Part shown: positions 1 to 13,492 of the stretch, in pieces
Position numbering within the stretch: the first letter of the stretch is position 1
Layout: every line of letters starts with the position of its first letter
NCBI RefSeq assembly: GCF_963921235.1
Contig: NC_086097.1
Location: forward strand, 183,212,001 to 183,276,000
Source of the DNA: Mobula hypostoma
Lineage: Eukaryota
Length of the DNA: 64,000 nucleotides
Direction: 5' to 3'
The notes under the pieces: model-generated
What the model was told of the DNA's origin: nothing
Databases searched by the model: none
Seen by the model: only the letters and a program-made list of their open reading frames with translations
Translations under genes and position numbers: made by a program

Positions 1-1286
1 GTCAGCATGGATTTGTGAAAGGAAAATCATGTCTGACGAATCTCATAGAATTTTTTGAGGATGTAACTAGTAGAGTGGATAGGGGAGAACCAGTGGATGT
101 GGTATATTTGGATTTTCAAAAGGCTTTTGACAAGGTCTCACACAGGAGATTAGTGTGCAAACTTAAAGCACACGGTATTGGGGGTAAGGTATTGATGTGG
201 ATAGAGAATTGGTTAGCAGACAGGAAGCAAAGAGTGAGAATAAACGGGACCTTTTCAGAATGGCAGGCAGTGACTAGTGGGGTACCGCAAGGCTCAGTGC
301 TGGGACCCCAGTTGTTTACAACATATATTAATGACTTGGATGAGGGAATTAAATGCAGCATCTCCAAGTTTGCGGATGACATGAAGCTGGGTGGCAGTGT
401 TAGCTGTGAGGAGGATGCTAAGAGGATGCAGGGTGACTTGGATAGGTTGGGTGAGTGGGCAAATTCATGGCAGATGCAATTTAATGTGGATAAATATGAA
501 GTTATCCACTTTGGTGGCAAAAATAGGAAAACAGATTATTATCTGAATGGTGGCCGATTAGGAAAAGGGGAGGTGCAACGAGACCTGGGTGTCATTATAC
601 ACCAGTCATTGAAAGTGGGCATGCAGGTACAGCAGGCGGTGAAAAAGGCGAATGGTATGCTGGCATTTATAGCAAGAGGATTCGAGTACAGGAGCAGGGA
701 GGTACTACTGCAGTTGTACAAGGCCTTGGTGAGACCACACTTGGAGTATTGTGTGCAGTTTTGGTCCCCTAATCTGAGGAAAGACATCCTTGCCATAGAG
801 GGAGTACAAAGAAGGTTCACCAGATTGATCCCTGGGATGGCAGGACTTTCATATGAAGAAAGACTGGATGAACTAGGCTTCTACTCGTTGAAATTTAGAA
901 GATTGAGGGGGGATCTGATTGAAACGTATAAAATCCTAAAGGGATTGGACAGGCTAGATGCAGGAAGATTGTTCCCGATGTTGGGGAAGTCCAGAACGAG
1001 GGGTCACAGTTTGAGGATAAAGGCGAAGCCTTTTAGGATCGAGATGACGAAAAACTTCTTCACACAGAGAGTGGTGAATCTGTGGAATTCTCTGCCACAG
1101 GAAACAGTTGAGGCCAGTTCATTGGCTATATTTAAGAGGGAGTTAGATATGGCCCTTGTGGCTAGGGGGATCAGAGGGCTGGTGCAGGGTTCTGAGTTGG
1201 ATGATCTGCCATGATCATAATAAATGGCGGTGCAGGCTTGAAGGGCCGAATGACCTACTCCTGCACCTATTTTCTATGTTTCTATG
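1..1286 (+). mobile_element. CR1-clade LINE, 3' part of ORF2 (reverse transcriptase) plus 3' UTR; cut by the window edge
   Basis: ORF 15-1214 has YLDFQKAFDKV, GVPQGSVLGP, KFADD, VRPHLEYCVQFWSP and RRLRGDLIE. The 3' tail ends in the tttctatg repeat at 1271-1286. Confidence 0.95.
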
Positions 1287-1385
1287 GTGGTATGTAAGCT
1301 CGGTCAGGATCATGGATGAGAACGCTCTAGGTAAACAGAACAGACAGCATTTGACCATTAGGTTTTAGAGCATCCTTCAGGACTT

Positions 1386-2560
1386 ATGACTGAGGTTAAG
1401 CACAGCTCCAATGCCATATTTAAGTTTGCTAATGACACCACTATCATTGGTCAAATCAAAGGTGGTGACAAATCAGTGTATAAGAGGGAGATTAAAAATC
1501 TGGCTGAGTGGTACAACAGCAACATCTCACTCAATGTCAGTAAGACCTTCATACTTACTTCAGGAGAGGGAAACCGGAGGTCCATGAGCTGGTCCCAGAG
1601 GTGGAGAAGGTCAGCAACTTTAAATTACTTGGTATTATAATTTCAGAGGATCTATCCATGATCCAGTATGTAAGTGCCATTATGAAGAAAGCACAGCAAC
1701 TCCTCTACTTTCTTGGAAGTCTTCAAAGATTTGACATGCCATCAAAAACTCATCATGACTTGGTATAGAAACACCAATGCCCTTGTATCGAAAAGCCTAC
1801 AAAAAGTAGTCGATGTGGCCCAGTCCATCAAAAGTAAAGCCCTCTCCCCTATTGAGCACATCTACATGGAGTGCTGTCGCAGAAAAGCAGCATCCATCGT
1901 CAAGGACCCCTATCATCCAGGTTATGCTTTCTTCTTACTGTTGCTGTTACAAAGAAGGTACAGGAGCCTCAGGGCCCACCACCATGTTCAGGAACAGTTA
2001 TTACCCCACAACCATCAGGCCCTTGAACCAGAAGGGATAACTTTACTCAATTTCATTCGCCCCATCACTAAACTGTTCCAACAACCTATGGACTCACTTT
2101 CAATGACTCATTTTCTAAATATTTTTCACACAGAGAGTGCTGGGTGCATGGAATTCACAGCCAGCGGTGGTGGTGGAAGCGGATACAATAGGGTCTTTTA
2201 AGAGACTTTTAGATAGGTACATGGAGTTAGAAAAATAGAGGGCTATGAAGTAGGGGAATTCTAGGCAGTTTCTAGAGTAGGTTACATGGTTGGCACAGCA
2301 ATGTGGGCCAAACTGCCTGTAATGTGCTGTAGATTTCTATGTTTCTATTGCTTATTTATTCTTATAATTTTGTTTTTTTCTTGTTTTGTATTTGTACAGT
2401 TTGTTGCCTTTTGCACATTCGTTGTTCTCTGTCCTGTTGGGTGTGGTCTTTCATTGATTCTACTGTGTTTCTTGTATTTACTGTAAATGCCCGCAATAAA
2501 ATGAATCTCAGAGTTGTATATGGTGACATACATGTAGTTTGATAATACATTTACTTTAAA
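1386..2560 (+). mobile_element. Decayed Rex1/Babar-like non-LTR retrotransposon (RT C-terminal part and 3' tail), interrupted by a CR1 fragment
   Basis: Broken frames give FKFANDTTIIG, LNVSKT and SIVKDPYHPGYAFF...RRYRSL. The tail is gtatatggtgacatacatgtagtttgataatacatttacttt. Confidence 0.75.
2122..2348 (+). mobile_element. CR1 3' fragment nested in the Rex1-like element
   Basis: ttttcacacagagagtg...ggatacaatagggtcttttaagagac...tttctatgtttcta closely matches the CR1 3' end at 12490-12676. Confidence 0.8.
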
Positions 2561-2943
2561 CAATACTTGTGCTGAATGAAAATGTGCGCTAAAATCTAAT
2601 GAATCACAGAGTTGCTGATAATAGGTAATGACACTCTGTATTTTTGTCTTGGATACAAGGTAAATTTCAGTATTGGGAAGTACTGTAAAGTTTCATTCTG
2701 CAGGCTCTAAAAACTACTCATCATTCCCTCACACATGCATACATTTACCATACTATATACCTCCATTCTGTAAACACATACAATATTTTAAACATTTATC
2801 ACGTTATGGAGAAAGCAGGTAATCTGATATCTGTGTACATTCCCTCATCTAATCACAACTTCCTTTCCAGAAATTGATTTTATGACATCTGAAGTGTGTT
2901 ACTTGATTACATTTATCTATTCCTTTAAGAATCTTGAAATTCA

Positions 2944-3231
<288 letters not shown>

Positions 3232-3819
3232 TCATTGGGATCTATGAAAAGAAAATGTAGGTTGAAATTTCAGATGGAACTTAGTTTCATAAAGACCAAG
3301 CTTAGGTATAGTATCTTATTATTCTCCTGTGCCCTCAGAGGCTCTCTGAACATCCATCATTATCACTGCTGGCTTTGTCTTCTACTGTATTTTCTTTACA
3401 GTGGGCAGTAATGGAAAAGAAGAAGCCTCTTGGTGACTGGGAAAGAAGATGGGAAGTCACAGTTTTGCACAGATTCTTTGCCAGAACTTACCTAGGGAGG
3501 GGAAAGAAATGTCAGTCTTTTACCCTTCTTTTAAAGTCCTTTATAAGATATAGCCATCATTTACAAAAGCGAACTGTGTTGCCCGTTTCTGGTTCAATCG
3601 AGAGGTTTGTGCTGTCATCTTTTTTTAATTGGTGGAGGCCCTCTGATGAAGTACTTAACTTTCATGGTTATTGTGTAAGGAATTCCTGGATTCAGGCAGA
3701 ATGGTGATGAAGGAACTGTGATCATTTCCAACTCAGGATGGTGTGTGACTGGGAGGGAAACCTGTAGGTAGTTGTTCTCCATTTTTAATTGTCTTGGTGA
3801 CAGAGGTCACTTAGAGCAT

Positions 3820-3960
3820 AATGGGAGCAGGAGTGGATCACTTGGACCCTCAAGTTTACCGCATAATTCAATATGATTCTAGATGATCTGCTTGAACATC
3901 ATCTTCTCTTCTGTACTCATTTCTCATATCACTCAATTCCTTGATCTTTCGAATATTTAT
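3820..3960 (-). mobile_element. Degenerate CR1 3' end (antisense)
   Basis: ggagcaggagtggatcacttggaccctcaag...caatatgatt...gatgatctg resembles the reverse complement of the CR1 3' UTR at 1200-1270. Confidence 0.45.
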
Positions 3961-3964
3961 CCCC

Positions 3965-4890
3965 TTTATTGTTTGTAATTTATATAAACAATTTGGAAGT
4001 GAATGTACAGGGCATGGTTGATAAGTTTGCCATTGATACTAAGTAGGTGGTATTATACATACTGTGGAAGGTCCTGCAAAATTCTTGATTGTCATATGGG
4101 CTAAGGAATGACAAATGGCTTTTAATCTAGATATATATGAGGTGTTGCATTTTGGGAAATCAAACCAAGGTAGGATATTTATAGCGAATGGTAGAGCCCT
4201 GGGTAGTGTTATGGAATAGAGGGACTTGAAGATTGCCAAAGATGACACCTTAGGTAGATAGGGTGGTGAAAAAGACATTTAGTAGCTGGCCTTCATCATT
4301 CCGTGGTATTGAATATAGGAGCTGGGAAGTTATGATGCAGTTATATAAGATGTTGACCACGCCTCACTTGGTGCACTGTGTACAGTTTTGGTCAGTCTGT
4401 TCTAGGAAAGATGTTAATAAACTACAGAGAGTGCAAAAAGGTTTACCAGGGTATCGCCTGGACTTGGTAACCTGAGTTACAAGGAGAGATTGGCATTGAC
4501 AAGATTTCATTCGCTGAAACAAAGGAGATGATCTGATGGAGGTATATAAGATCATGAGGGGGCATAAACTAGATGAAAGCGCATAGTCTTTATTCTAGGG
4601 AGAGGCTGCTAACAACAAAAGGCAAAGGTTTAAGATTAGAAGTGAGAGATTAGAAAGGGATATCTGGGCAGCCTCTTTATTCAGGAATGGTGCATATTTG
4701 GAATGAGCAGCCAGAAGCAGTAGCTGAGAGAGGTAAATTTTCAACATTTAAAAGCCATCCAGATAAGTACAGGGTTAGGAGAGGTTTAGAAGCTTATGAG
4801 CTAAATGCAGGCAGATGGGACTAGCTCAATGGTCAATACAGTCAGCATGGAAAAGTTGGGCCAAAGAGTTTGTTTCCATGACTCAATGAC
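3965..4890 (+). mobile_element. Decayed CR1 LINE 3' fragment
   Basis: Relics of LFVIYIN...KFA.DT and GIEYRSWEVMMQLYKMLTTPHLVHCVQFWS, with many stops and frameshifts, followed by a CR1-type 3' UTR. Confidence 0.85.
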
Positions 4891-6749
4891 ACTGGATGAC
4901 TAACTATTTCTTCCTTGAAGATAGAATCTACTGTTTTGCCAATCATAAAAGATAAGCTAAAGAGGCCTGTGGTTTTCCTCATTTTGTTTTTCTCCCTTGA
5001 GCAACAGAGGCATATATGTGATTTTCCAATCCAATGGTACCTTCCTAGAACTCTGAGGCTTGGAAAACCACAAGCAATGGCTCCTCCCACTTCAGAGCTA
5101 CTCAGGTGCAGGCCATCTGAACTAGCAACTTGTCTGCCTCTTGTCCCATTAATCTTACTAATATCTTATTTTTCATTACAGTAATTGTACTTTTTTCTAT
5201 AGTATTTAAAACTCGGCCACTTGAAATCCTCAGGATGCATGCCGTGTCCTTCATCATGAAAACTTATACAAAATATTGACTTAAGTCATTTCCTTGTTTC
5301 CTGTTATTAATTTCCCAATCACAGTCTCTAGGGGTCCCAAATTTATGTTAGCTATCTTCTCCATTTTTATATAATCATAAATGCCCTTGCTGTTTGTTTT
5401 GATATAACTTAAACATTTTCTCTCAAAGTCAGTTTTCTCCCTCCTTATTAACATGTTCATCTTTTAATGCTGTTTCTTGTAAAATTCCCAGTCCACTGGT
5501 CTACCAATTGCCCCTGCCATCTTATATGTTGTAGTCTCTGATTTAGTATTATCCCTTACCACCTTTGTTAACCATGGATGATTTGTCATTCTCCTGGATC
5601 CCTCTTTATAAAGGGATTAATTTCTGCTGAGTACGGAGGAATGATGCAGGGCATTTTACAGATGATACACATAACACCTGCAGTGCATTGGTGGTGAGGG
5701 AGTGAATATTTAGCATGATGGATGGGCTGCCAGTCAACAGGCTTTGTCCAGGATAGTTCTGAACTCTTGCAGCAGTATTCACTCAGAGGAGAGTTTTCCA
5801 TAATATTACTGTCTTATACTTTGTTGATGGAAGAAAGCTCACACATTGTTTCTGACCTGTTCTTATAGTATATTATTTACAGTATGTGGCTGATCCATCA
5901 AATTTCTTGTCTATAGTTAACCTGCAGGATGTCAATGGTGGAGTATGGTGATGGGAATATACTGATACTGAAAATCAAAGGCAGAGGGCAAGACTCCAAA
6001 CAATTGGGTGGTTAGACAAAATGTCTTAAGAAAATTTGTCCTTAATGTTTCTGTGCTTTGAAGTTTCTGTTATCCAAGTTTGTTGCTCCCCTTCAGTACT
6101 CCTGTTGTCCTGTGTTTCTGTGCTCATTCAATATACAACAGTTCAGCACAGTACAGGCTCTTTGATACACGATGTCGTGCCAACTTTTTAACCTATTCCA
6201 AGTTCAATCTAACACTTCCCTTTTTTCTTCAAAGAAAATAGATTAAATCTTTAAAAGCTCTCAAAGTAATTTGTCTAATTTGAGTAAATTTACTGTGCCT
6301 TTCCTGCAGCCTCAAAATCATTCACCAAGTGAACCAAACAATGTCAATCTGCTGTTGGCTGATTTTTATTTGAAATTAGATCATCATAACACTGCAGCCT
6401 AATAGCTTAATTGCTTTGTTCTTCACTGCATGACTCTTCATATGGAACTTAACTCAATTCTATACTGTAACACTTCTGCATCTCTAAGAGTGTGATTAGA
6501 TTTGTCCTTGGCTCTATCTACTTGCATTTCTCTCAATGCCATTCGCCAAATATTGTCAATGAGAACCCTGACACCAGACTTAATTGGAGGGGATTTCCTT
6601 CTAAATTGGTTATTTGCACATTGTATTCTGCCTTTGCATTAAGATCTGTCTGTGGTAGTCTATTTTCAACTACTGCACTGCTGCTAACACAGGTCACCAC
6701 GTTCAGTGAATAACTAAGTTTGTGAAAGGCTGCTAGAGAACTTCATTGA

Positions 6750-7212
6750 CATGTGATCTCAAAGTCAGCACATCACGGAAGCTAGCCTCTCCTTTACGGA
6801 CCCAGTCTGTATGTTTTGCTGCCTCAGTAAAGCAGCCGGTAGAATCAAAGACTACACCCATGCCCAGACATACTCTCTTCTCTCCCCTGCCATAGAGCAG
6901 AAGATGCAAAAGCCCAAAAGCGTATACCACCAGGCTTAAAGACAGCTTCCACTCCATGGTTATATTACTATTGAATGATTCCCTAATAAGATAAGATGGA
7001 ATTTTCACTTCACAGTCTATCTCATTACAATCCTGCACCTTATTGTCTACCTGCACTGCACTTTCTCTGTAGCTGTTACACTTTATTCTATTGTTTTACC
7101 TTAAAGTACCTCAGTGCACTGTGTAATTAATTGATATGTATGAATAGTATTTAAGGGAAGCTATTTGCTGTACCTTTGTACATGTGACAATAATAAACCA
7201 ATTCCAATTCAA
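6750..7212 (+). mobile_element. Rex1/Babar-like 3' fragment
   Basis: gctgcctcagtaaagcagcc...caaagac...catactctcttctctcccctgcc...accaccaggcttaaagacagcttc resembles the C-terminal region at 1870-2020. The tail is tgtacatgtgacaataataaaccaattccaattc. Confidence 0.6.
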
Positions 7213-7309
7213 TGATGATAAAGAATTATTTTAATTACACCTGATGGGCATGGATTGAAGATTGATTATAGTCTAGAAGACAGAATCAGAATATAAGGTC
7301 CTCTGAGGT

Positions 7310-7480
7310 TGGAAGGAGTGCCCCATGAATTAATTCTTGACTCTAAATCCTTTATGATTTTCATTAATGACATAAAGGATGGGGTAAAGTGTAATCTATC
7401 CAAGTTTTGTTGAAGACATAAAAATAAGTGGGAGGGTATGCCCAATGAGATATTATGGTTCTGCAAATAGATATAGATTT
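7310..7480 (+). mobile_element. Highly decayed CR1 RT fragment
   Basis: ggagtgcccc...tttatgattttcattaatgac...atccaagttttgttgaagacataaaaataagtggg corresponds to GVP...FMIFIND...SKF.DDTKI. Confidence 0.5.
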
Positions 7481-8969
7481 TTTAAATCCATTTAAACATT
7501 TTCTCACCATTTCAATTACATTACTTCTTGCAGATGAATCTGTGTTTTAACCTACACATAAAAACCTCCAAACTGCGAAAAGACAATGGTTTGGAAAGTC
7601 TAAAAATGAGAGAGCAAGTTATTTCTTGTTTACCCTTCTGAGGTAATTGAAAACTCTATTTAACTTTGATTCTTTAAAAATTTAATTAACTTGCACAAAG
7701 TTTTGCATATCTATCAACCTTGTACTCACAATGTTGCATTGGCTCTTAATTTAGTAATGCATCATTTGCTTAATTTTCATCCTTGTTTCAAACCTTTCTA
7801 TTGTCTTCTCCTTCCCTAATACTACAATCTCCTCCAGCCCCACAACCATCCAAGGTATCTGCAATATCAATTGTTCTTTTCATCATCTCAGAATTAAATA
7901 ACTCCACCAGTAATAGCCATGCCTTTACCTGCCAAGAACTCAGCACAGAATTTTTTCCTTCCCATCTCTCCTTCTTTAAGAAAGTTGAACCATTTCTCCT
8001 TTTTTATATTATATGTGGCTCAGAGTCAAATTTTGGTTCATTACACTCCTATCAAGAACTTTGGGATAGTTTTTCCATGCTAAAAGCAGTATATCAATAT
8101 AAATTGAAGTTGAAATATTGATTGTTACTGTTGTTCTGAGGCCACACTAACCATGAGTATACTACAGAAGTTAAGATTTAGTTGTAGAAATCTAACGATA
8201 ACCAATGACATCTGATGAAACATAAGCAGTTTAGGAGGACAAACCTGCTAATAACCAAAGTGGAGGGATGAGCCCTCCAAATAATACTGGCAGAGATTTC
8301 TAATTGAATATGAATCTATAAGTTATTAAATGAATTATTGTCACAATGAGCAAAGCACTGAGATAGCCCAATTTTATGATTGTGTCCTACAGCCATCATT
8401 GGATCTGAATTTGAATTTCCTAAATTGTTCTGTCACGTTCACTGAATGTAGGATCCTGAGCCAATATGATGCAGGATGAATGCCCACTTAACTGGGTATA
8501 TAAACATATGATTTATGTTTTCAAGGCCATACCAATGGATTTCTCAGCTGCACATTTTTCCAAGTCAAGTGTCCTGGGTATTCTATGGTGCAGTGCAAGT
8601 TCCTAGTGTGTTATGTAGTAAAAATCTTAATGCTGTGTTTCATTAATTATAATCAGATCCTCTGCGTATATGGTAGCAGTCATTAATATATGGTGATGCT
8701 CTTTTGTATCTGATATTCACCGTGATGTTATTGCAAGAAGATATACTATACAGAAGAGCCCATGAATAGACAGCACCAAAGTAGGCCTTAGAAAACTGAG
8801 GCCAGATTTGACATTATTTAAGAAAATCCTGCCATTAACAAGGAGTCTCTGTCATCTAGTTCTTTCAGGTGAGTTTCTGCTTCTTTCTCAATTGCTGACA
8901 CACCCAACTACTGGCACACTGAAATCCATGAGCAACTTCCAGGTCATATCCCAGTTGTTCTTCCTGATT

Positions 8970-9537
8970 ATGTATAAGGCATTGGTAAGGCCAAATTTGA
9001 AGTATTGTGTACAGTTCTGGTCACCGAATTATAGGAAAGATGTCAATAAAATTGAGAGAGTACAGAGGAGGTTTACTACAATGTTGCCTGGGTTTCATCT
9101 CCTAAGTTACAGAGAAACAAGTTAGGTCTTTATTCTTTGGAGCGTAGAAAGTTGAGGGGGGACTTGATAGAGATGTTTAAAATTATGAGGGGGATTGATA
9201 GAGTTGACGTGGATAGGCTTTTTCCATTGAGAATGGGGGAGATTGAAACAAGAGGACGTGAGTTGAGAGTTAAAGGGCAAAAGTTTAGGGGTAATATGAG
9301 GGGGAACTTCTTTACTCAGAGAGTGGTAGCTGTGTGGAATGAGCTTCCAGCAGAAGTGGTTGAGGCAGGTTCGATGTTGTCGTTTAAAGTTAAATTGGAT
9401 AGATATATGGACAGGAAAGGAATGAAGGGTTATGGGCTGAGTGCAGGTAGGTGGGACTAGGTGAGAGTATGAGTTCAGTACGGACCAGAAGGGCTGAGAT
9501 GGCCTGTTTCCGTGCTGTAATTGTTATATGGTTATAT
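8970..9537 (+). mobile_element. CR1 LINE 3' fragment
   Basis: YKALVRPNLKYCVQFWSPNYRKD and ERRKLRGDLIEMFKIMRGIDRVD...NFFTQRVVAVWNELP. The tail is gttatatggttatat. Confidence 0.9.
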
Positions 9538-10159
9538 ATATTATCCTCTCAAGTGCTCCCAATCTTTCTATATCATCACCCCTGTGCCAAATCATTTCCC
9601 TCACAAAACATAAGATTATCTGCACCATGCAATGCGGACTCTACCCCTACTTCCCATCTTCTTGTCACAGTTTCTACCTTCTAATCTTCTCCACAAACAC
9701 CACACATATAAGCCCACTTCCTCTGCAAACTCTGTTCCCTGCATTTCCAGAAAATCAGATATAATGGCATTGTGAGAGTTTCTTCACACAAGGCTTATGC
9801 TGTGCATGATTGCCTTGGAAGTTGAAAATGATCTGTTTGAGGTGTGGTCTAAAACATCTTTACCAGCCCATCGTAATTTTTAGGGCAATATCCCCAACAA
9901 CTCCGTATCTATTGAGCTAATGGTAAAACTCAAAGTAACCCAGGATCACATACTGTAAACTGATGGAAACAAGATTTCTGCCAAGGCAGGTGAAGTTTTC
10001 CAGTTCTAACATGCTGCGAGAGATATGACCAAAGGTTCTTTTAAAAATACGCATGGTTATTAATCAGCTCACTCACAAATATTTTCTGTATTTTTATAGA
10101 GCTTCCAAAAACTAATACTAACACACCAAAAATATTTTAAATATTTTTGTCAAGATTTA

Positions 10160-10318
<159 letters not shown>

Positions 10319-10451
10319 CTAAGAGAAAGGGTATTCACAGTGATGAGAAGCAAAGTACGTGGCAGAAGTTATCAGGAATTGATTAGAGAAAACACAGTAT
10401 TATGATTAATTACTAAAATAGAGGAAGTAAATAACCTAAGTACAATTCAAT

Positions 10452-11428
10452 CACAAACCGGAGAAAATCTGCAGATCCTGGAAATCCAAGCAACACATAC
10501 AAAATGCTGGAGGAAATCAACAGGCCTGGCAGCATCTAGGAAAAGAGTACAGAGTACGGAGAAGTATACATCTTCCCCTCACCTCCATCTTCTGCTTTCC
10601 ACAGGGATTGCTCCCTACATAACTTCCTTGTCCATTCGTTCCTCCCCATTGATCTCCCTCCTGGCACTTATCCTTGCAAGTGGAACAAGTGCTACATCTG
10701 CCCCTACACCTCCTCCCTCACTACTGTTCAGGGCCTTAAACAGTCCTTCCAAGTGAGGCAACACTTCACTTGTGAGTCTGTTGGGTCTATGTATTATGTT
10801 TGGTGCTCCCGGTGTGGCTTCCTGTATATCGGTGAGACCCGACGTAGATTGGGAGACCGCTCCGCCAAGCACCTACCTCCATCCGCCAGAACAAGCGGGA
10901 TCTCCCAGTGTCCATCCATTTTCATTCCCCTTCCCATTCTGATATGTCCATCCATGGCCTCCTCCACTGTTGTGATGAGGCCACACTTAGGTTGGAAGAA
11001 TGGCACCTTATATTCTGTTTGGATAGCCTCCAACCTGATGGCATGAACATTGATTTCTCAAACTTTTGGAAATGCCCACCACCACCCCCCATTCACCATT
11101 TCCCATCCCCTTTTCTCTCTCTCATCTTATCTCCTGGCCTGCCCATTGACCCCCCCCCCACCTCTGGTGCTCCTCCCCCCTTTTCTTTCTTCCATGACCT
11201 TCTGTCTCTTTCACCAATCAACTTCCCAGCTCTTTACTTCATCCTTCCCTCTCCAGGTTTCACCAATCACCTTGTGTTTCTCTCTCCCCTCCCCTCACCT
11301 TTTAAACCTACTCCTCAGCTTTTTTTCTCCAGTCCCGCCAAAGGGTTTCAGCCTGAAACATCAACTGTACTCTTTTCCTAGATGCTGCCTGGCCTGCTGA
11401 GTTTCTCCACCATTTTGTATGTGTTACC
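10452..11428 (+). mobile_element. Penelope-like element (GIY-YIG endonuclease relic) bounded by ~60-bp inverted repeats
   Basis: ORF 10753-11046 contains FTCESVGSMYYVWCSRCGFLYIGETRRRLGDR (GIY-YIG with CxxC). Segment 10492-10552 is the approximate reverse complement of 11365-11425. Confidence 0.85.
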
Positions 11429-11666
11429 TGAGTACTATTAATAGGATATGGAATTGTGAAAAGTATTGGCCTGGATTTTGCCATCAATGGTGAAACTAAG
11501 GAACTCTTCGTTAACCTGTTCAGAAGAGGAAATGATCATTGAGGCATGGGCTTCTCCTTTCTCAATGCTGCTAGGCACCAATTAAATTAAATCTCTGGCA
11601 GCCAATCTTTGGAATGTGGGAGAAAGCAGAGCATCTGGTAAAATGCTCATGATCATAGGAATCATG

Positions 11667-12676
11667 TGTAACAGAAGACAAAGAGTGGTTGTAGATGTGT
11701 CATATTCTGCATGGAGGTCGGTGTGCCTCAGGGATCTGTTCTGGGGCCCCTTCTCTTCGTGATTTTTATAAGTGACCTGGATGAGGAATTGGAGGGATGG
11801 ATTAGTAAATTTGCTGATGACACAAAAGTTGGGGGTGTTGTGGATAGTGTGGAGGGCTGTCAGAGGTTACAGCAGGACATTGACAGGATGCAAAACTGGG
11901 CTGAGAAGTGGCAGATGGAGTTCAACCCAGGTAAGTGTGAGGTGGTTCATTTTGATAGGTCAAATATGATGGCAGAATATAGTATTAATGGTAAGACTCT
12001 TGGCAGTGTGGAGGATCAGAGGGATCTTGGGGTCCGAGTCCATAGGACACTCAAAGCTGCTGCGCAGTTTGACTCTGTGGTTAAGAAGGCATAAGGTGCA
12101 TTGTCCCTCATCAACCATGGGATTGAATTTAAGAGCCGAAAGGTAATGTTACAGCTATGTAGGACCCTGGTCAGACCCCACATGGAATACTGTGCTCAGA
12201 TCTGGTCACCTCACTACAGGATGTGGAAACTATAGAAAGGGTGCAGAGGAGATTTACAAGGATGTTGCCTGGATTGGGGAGCATGCCTTATGAGAATAGG
12301 TTGAGTGAACTTGGCCTTTTCTCCTTGCAGTGACGTAGGATGAGAGGTGACCTGATAGAGGTGTATAAGATGATGAGAGGCATTGATTGAGTGGATAGTC
12401 AGAGGCTTTTTCCCAGGGCTGAAATGGCTAGCATGAGAGGGCAGTTTTAAGGTGCTTGGAAGTAGGTACAGAGGAGATGTCAGGGGTAAATTTTTTACGC
12501 AGAGAGTGGTGAGTGCGTGGAATGGACTGCCGGTGATGGTGGTGGAGGTGGATACAATAGGGTCTTTTAAGAGACTCCTGGATAGATACATGGAGCTTAG
12601 AAAAATAGAGGGTTATGGGTAACCCTAGGTAATTTCCAAAGTAAGTACATGTAAGGTTTCTATGTTTCTATGTTTC
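11667..12676 (+). mobile_element. CR1 LINE 3' fragment with RT core, inactivated
   Basis: GVPQGSVLGPLLFVIFISDLDEELEGWISKFADDTKVGG, with an in-frame stop at 12092-12094. The tail is gtttctatgtttctatgtttc. Confidence 0.92.
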
Positions 12677-12724
12677 CACATGGTCAGCAGTAAAGATCAT
12701 GGTTAAACACAGGTCATTGGAGCT

Positions 12725-12957
12725 ACACACATCAAAGTTGCTGGTGAACGCAGCAGGCCAGGCAGCATCTCTAGGAAGAGGTACAGTCGACGTTTTGGGC
12801 TTTTACTAGCTCTTCCTTCAGTTAGTCCTGACAAAGGGTCCCGGCCTGAAATGTCGACTGTACCTCCTCCTAGAGATGCTGCCTGGCCTGCTGCCTTCAC
12901 CAGCAACTTTGATGTCTGTTGCTTGAATTTCCAGCATCTGCAGAATTCCTCGTGTTT
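12725..12957. mobile_element. Short fold-back element derived from Penelope-like terminal sequence, with a 16-bp target-site duplication
   Basis: Arms 12725-12800 and 12844-12919 are near-perfect reverse complements. Flanks are acaggtcattggagct (12709-12724) and acaggttatcggagct (12958-12973). Confidence 0.8.
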
Positions 12958-13492
12958 ACAGGTTATCGGAGCTTATTTGAAGAGCTTTTACTTCTTGAAA
13001 TATTTAACATTGGGTTTTATTGTACATACAAATAAAATAAGTGATTTAGAAATGAAACATTTAACCTTATGACTTGGAGTGCTACTAAACATTTCTACAC
13101 ATCTCATGCCAAAATGATGTTTTCAGTGTACTTCTCTGTAAGGATAATCTCAGATATCAAACTGATATTCAATCATTATGCAGAAGATTACTGAACAGTG
13201 GCTAATGGAGCAATTCCTTAAAAATTAAACAAATTTGTGATTTATTCTTTAAATTACATGACTACTGAAATTATGAGAACATTTCTAATTTACATGACCA
13301 CTCATCATAATCCAATCCATCTACCTTCACATTTATTTGTTTTTGTATTTTTCTGAATTCTTTCGAAAGAGTTGAAGACCTTTATTTAAATACTGAAGCA
13401 ACTAGAATTGTGTACAAAATATTCTGAGTAGGTTCATGCAAATGATATATATTGGTGAATTATTATTCTGACTCAATAGCAAGTTTTGTAAA

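Noticed and set aside
15..1214. 399-aa ORF as a host gene
   Set aside because: It is CR1 ORF2 reverse transcriptase followed by a CR1 3' tail.
5250..5990. Probable very old antisense LINE (CR1/L2-like) fragments
   Set aside because: Too degenerate to assign boundaries or family by eye.
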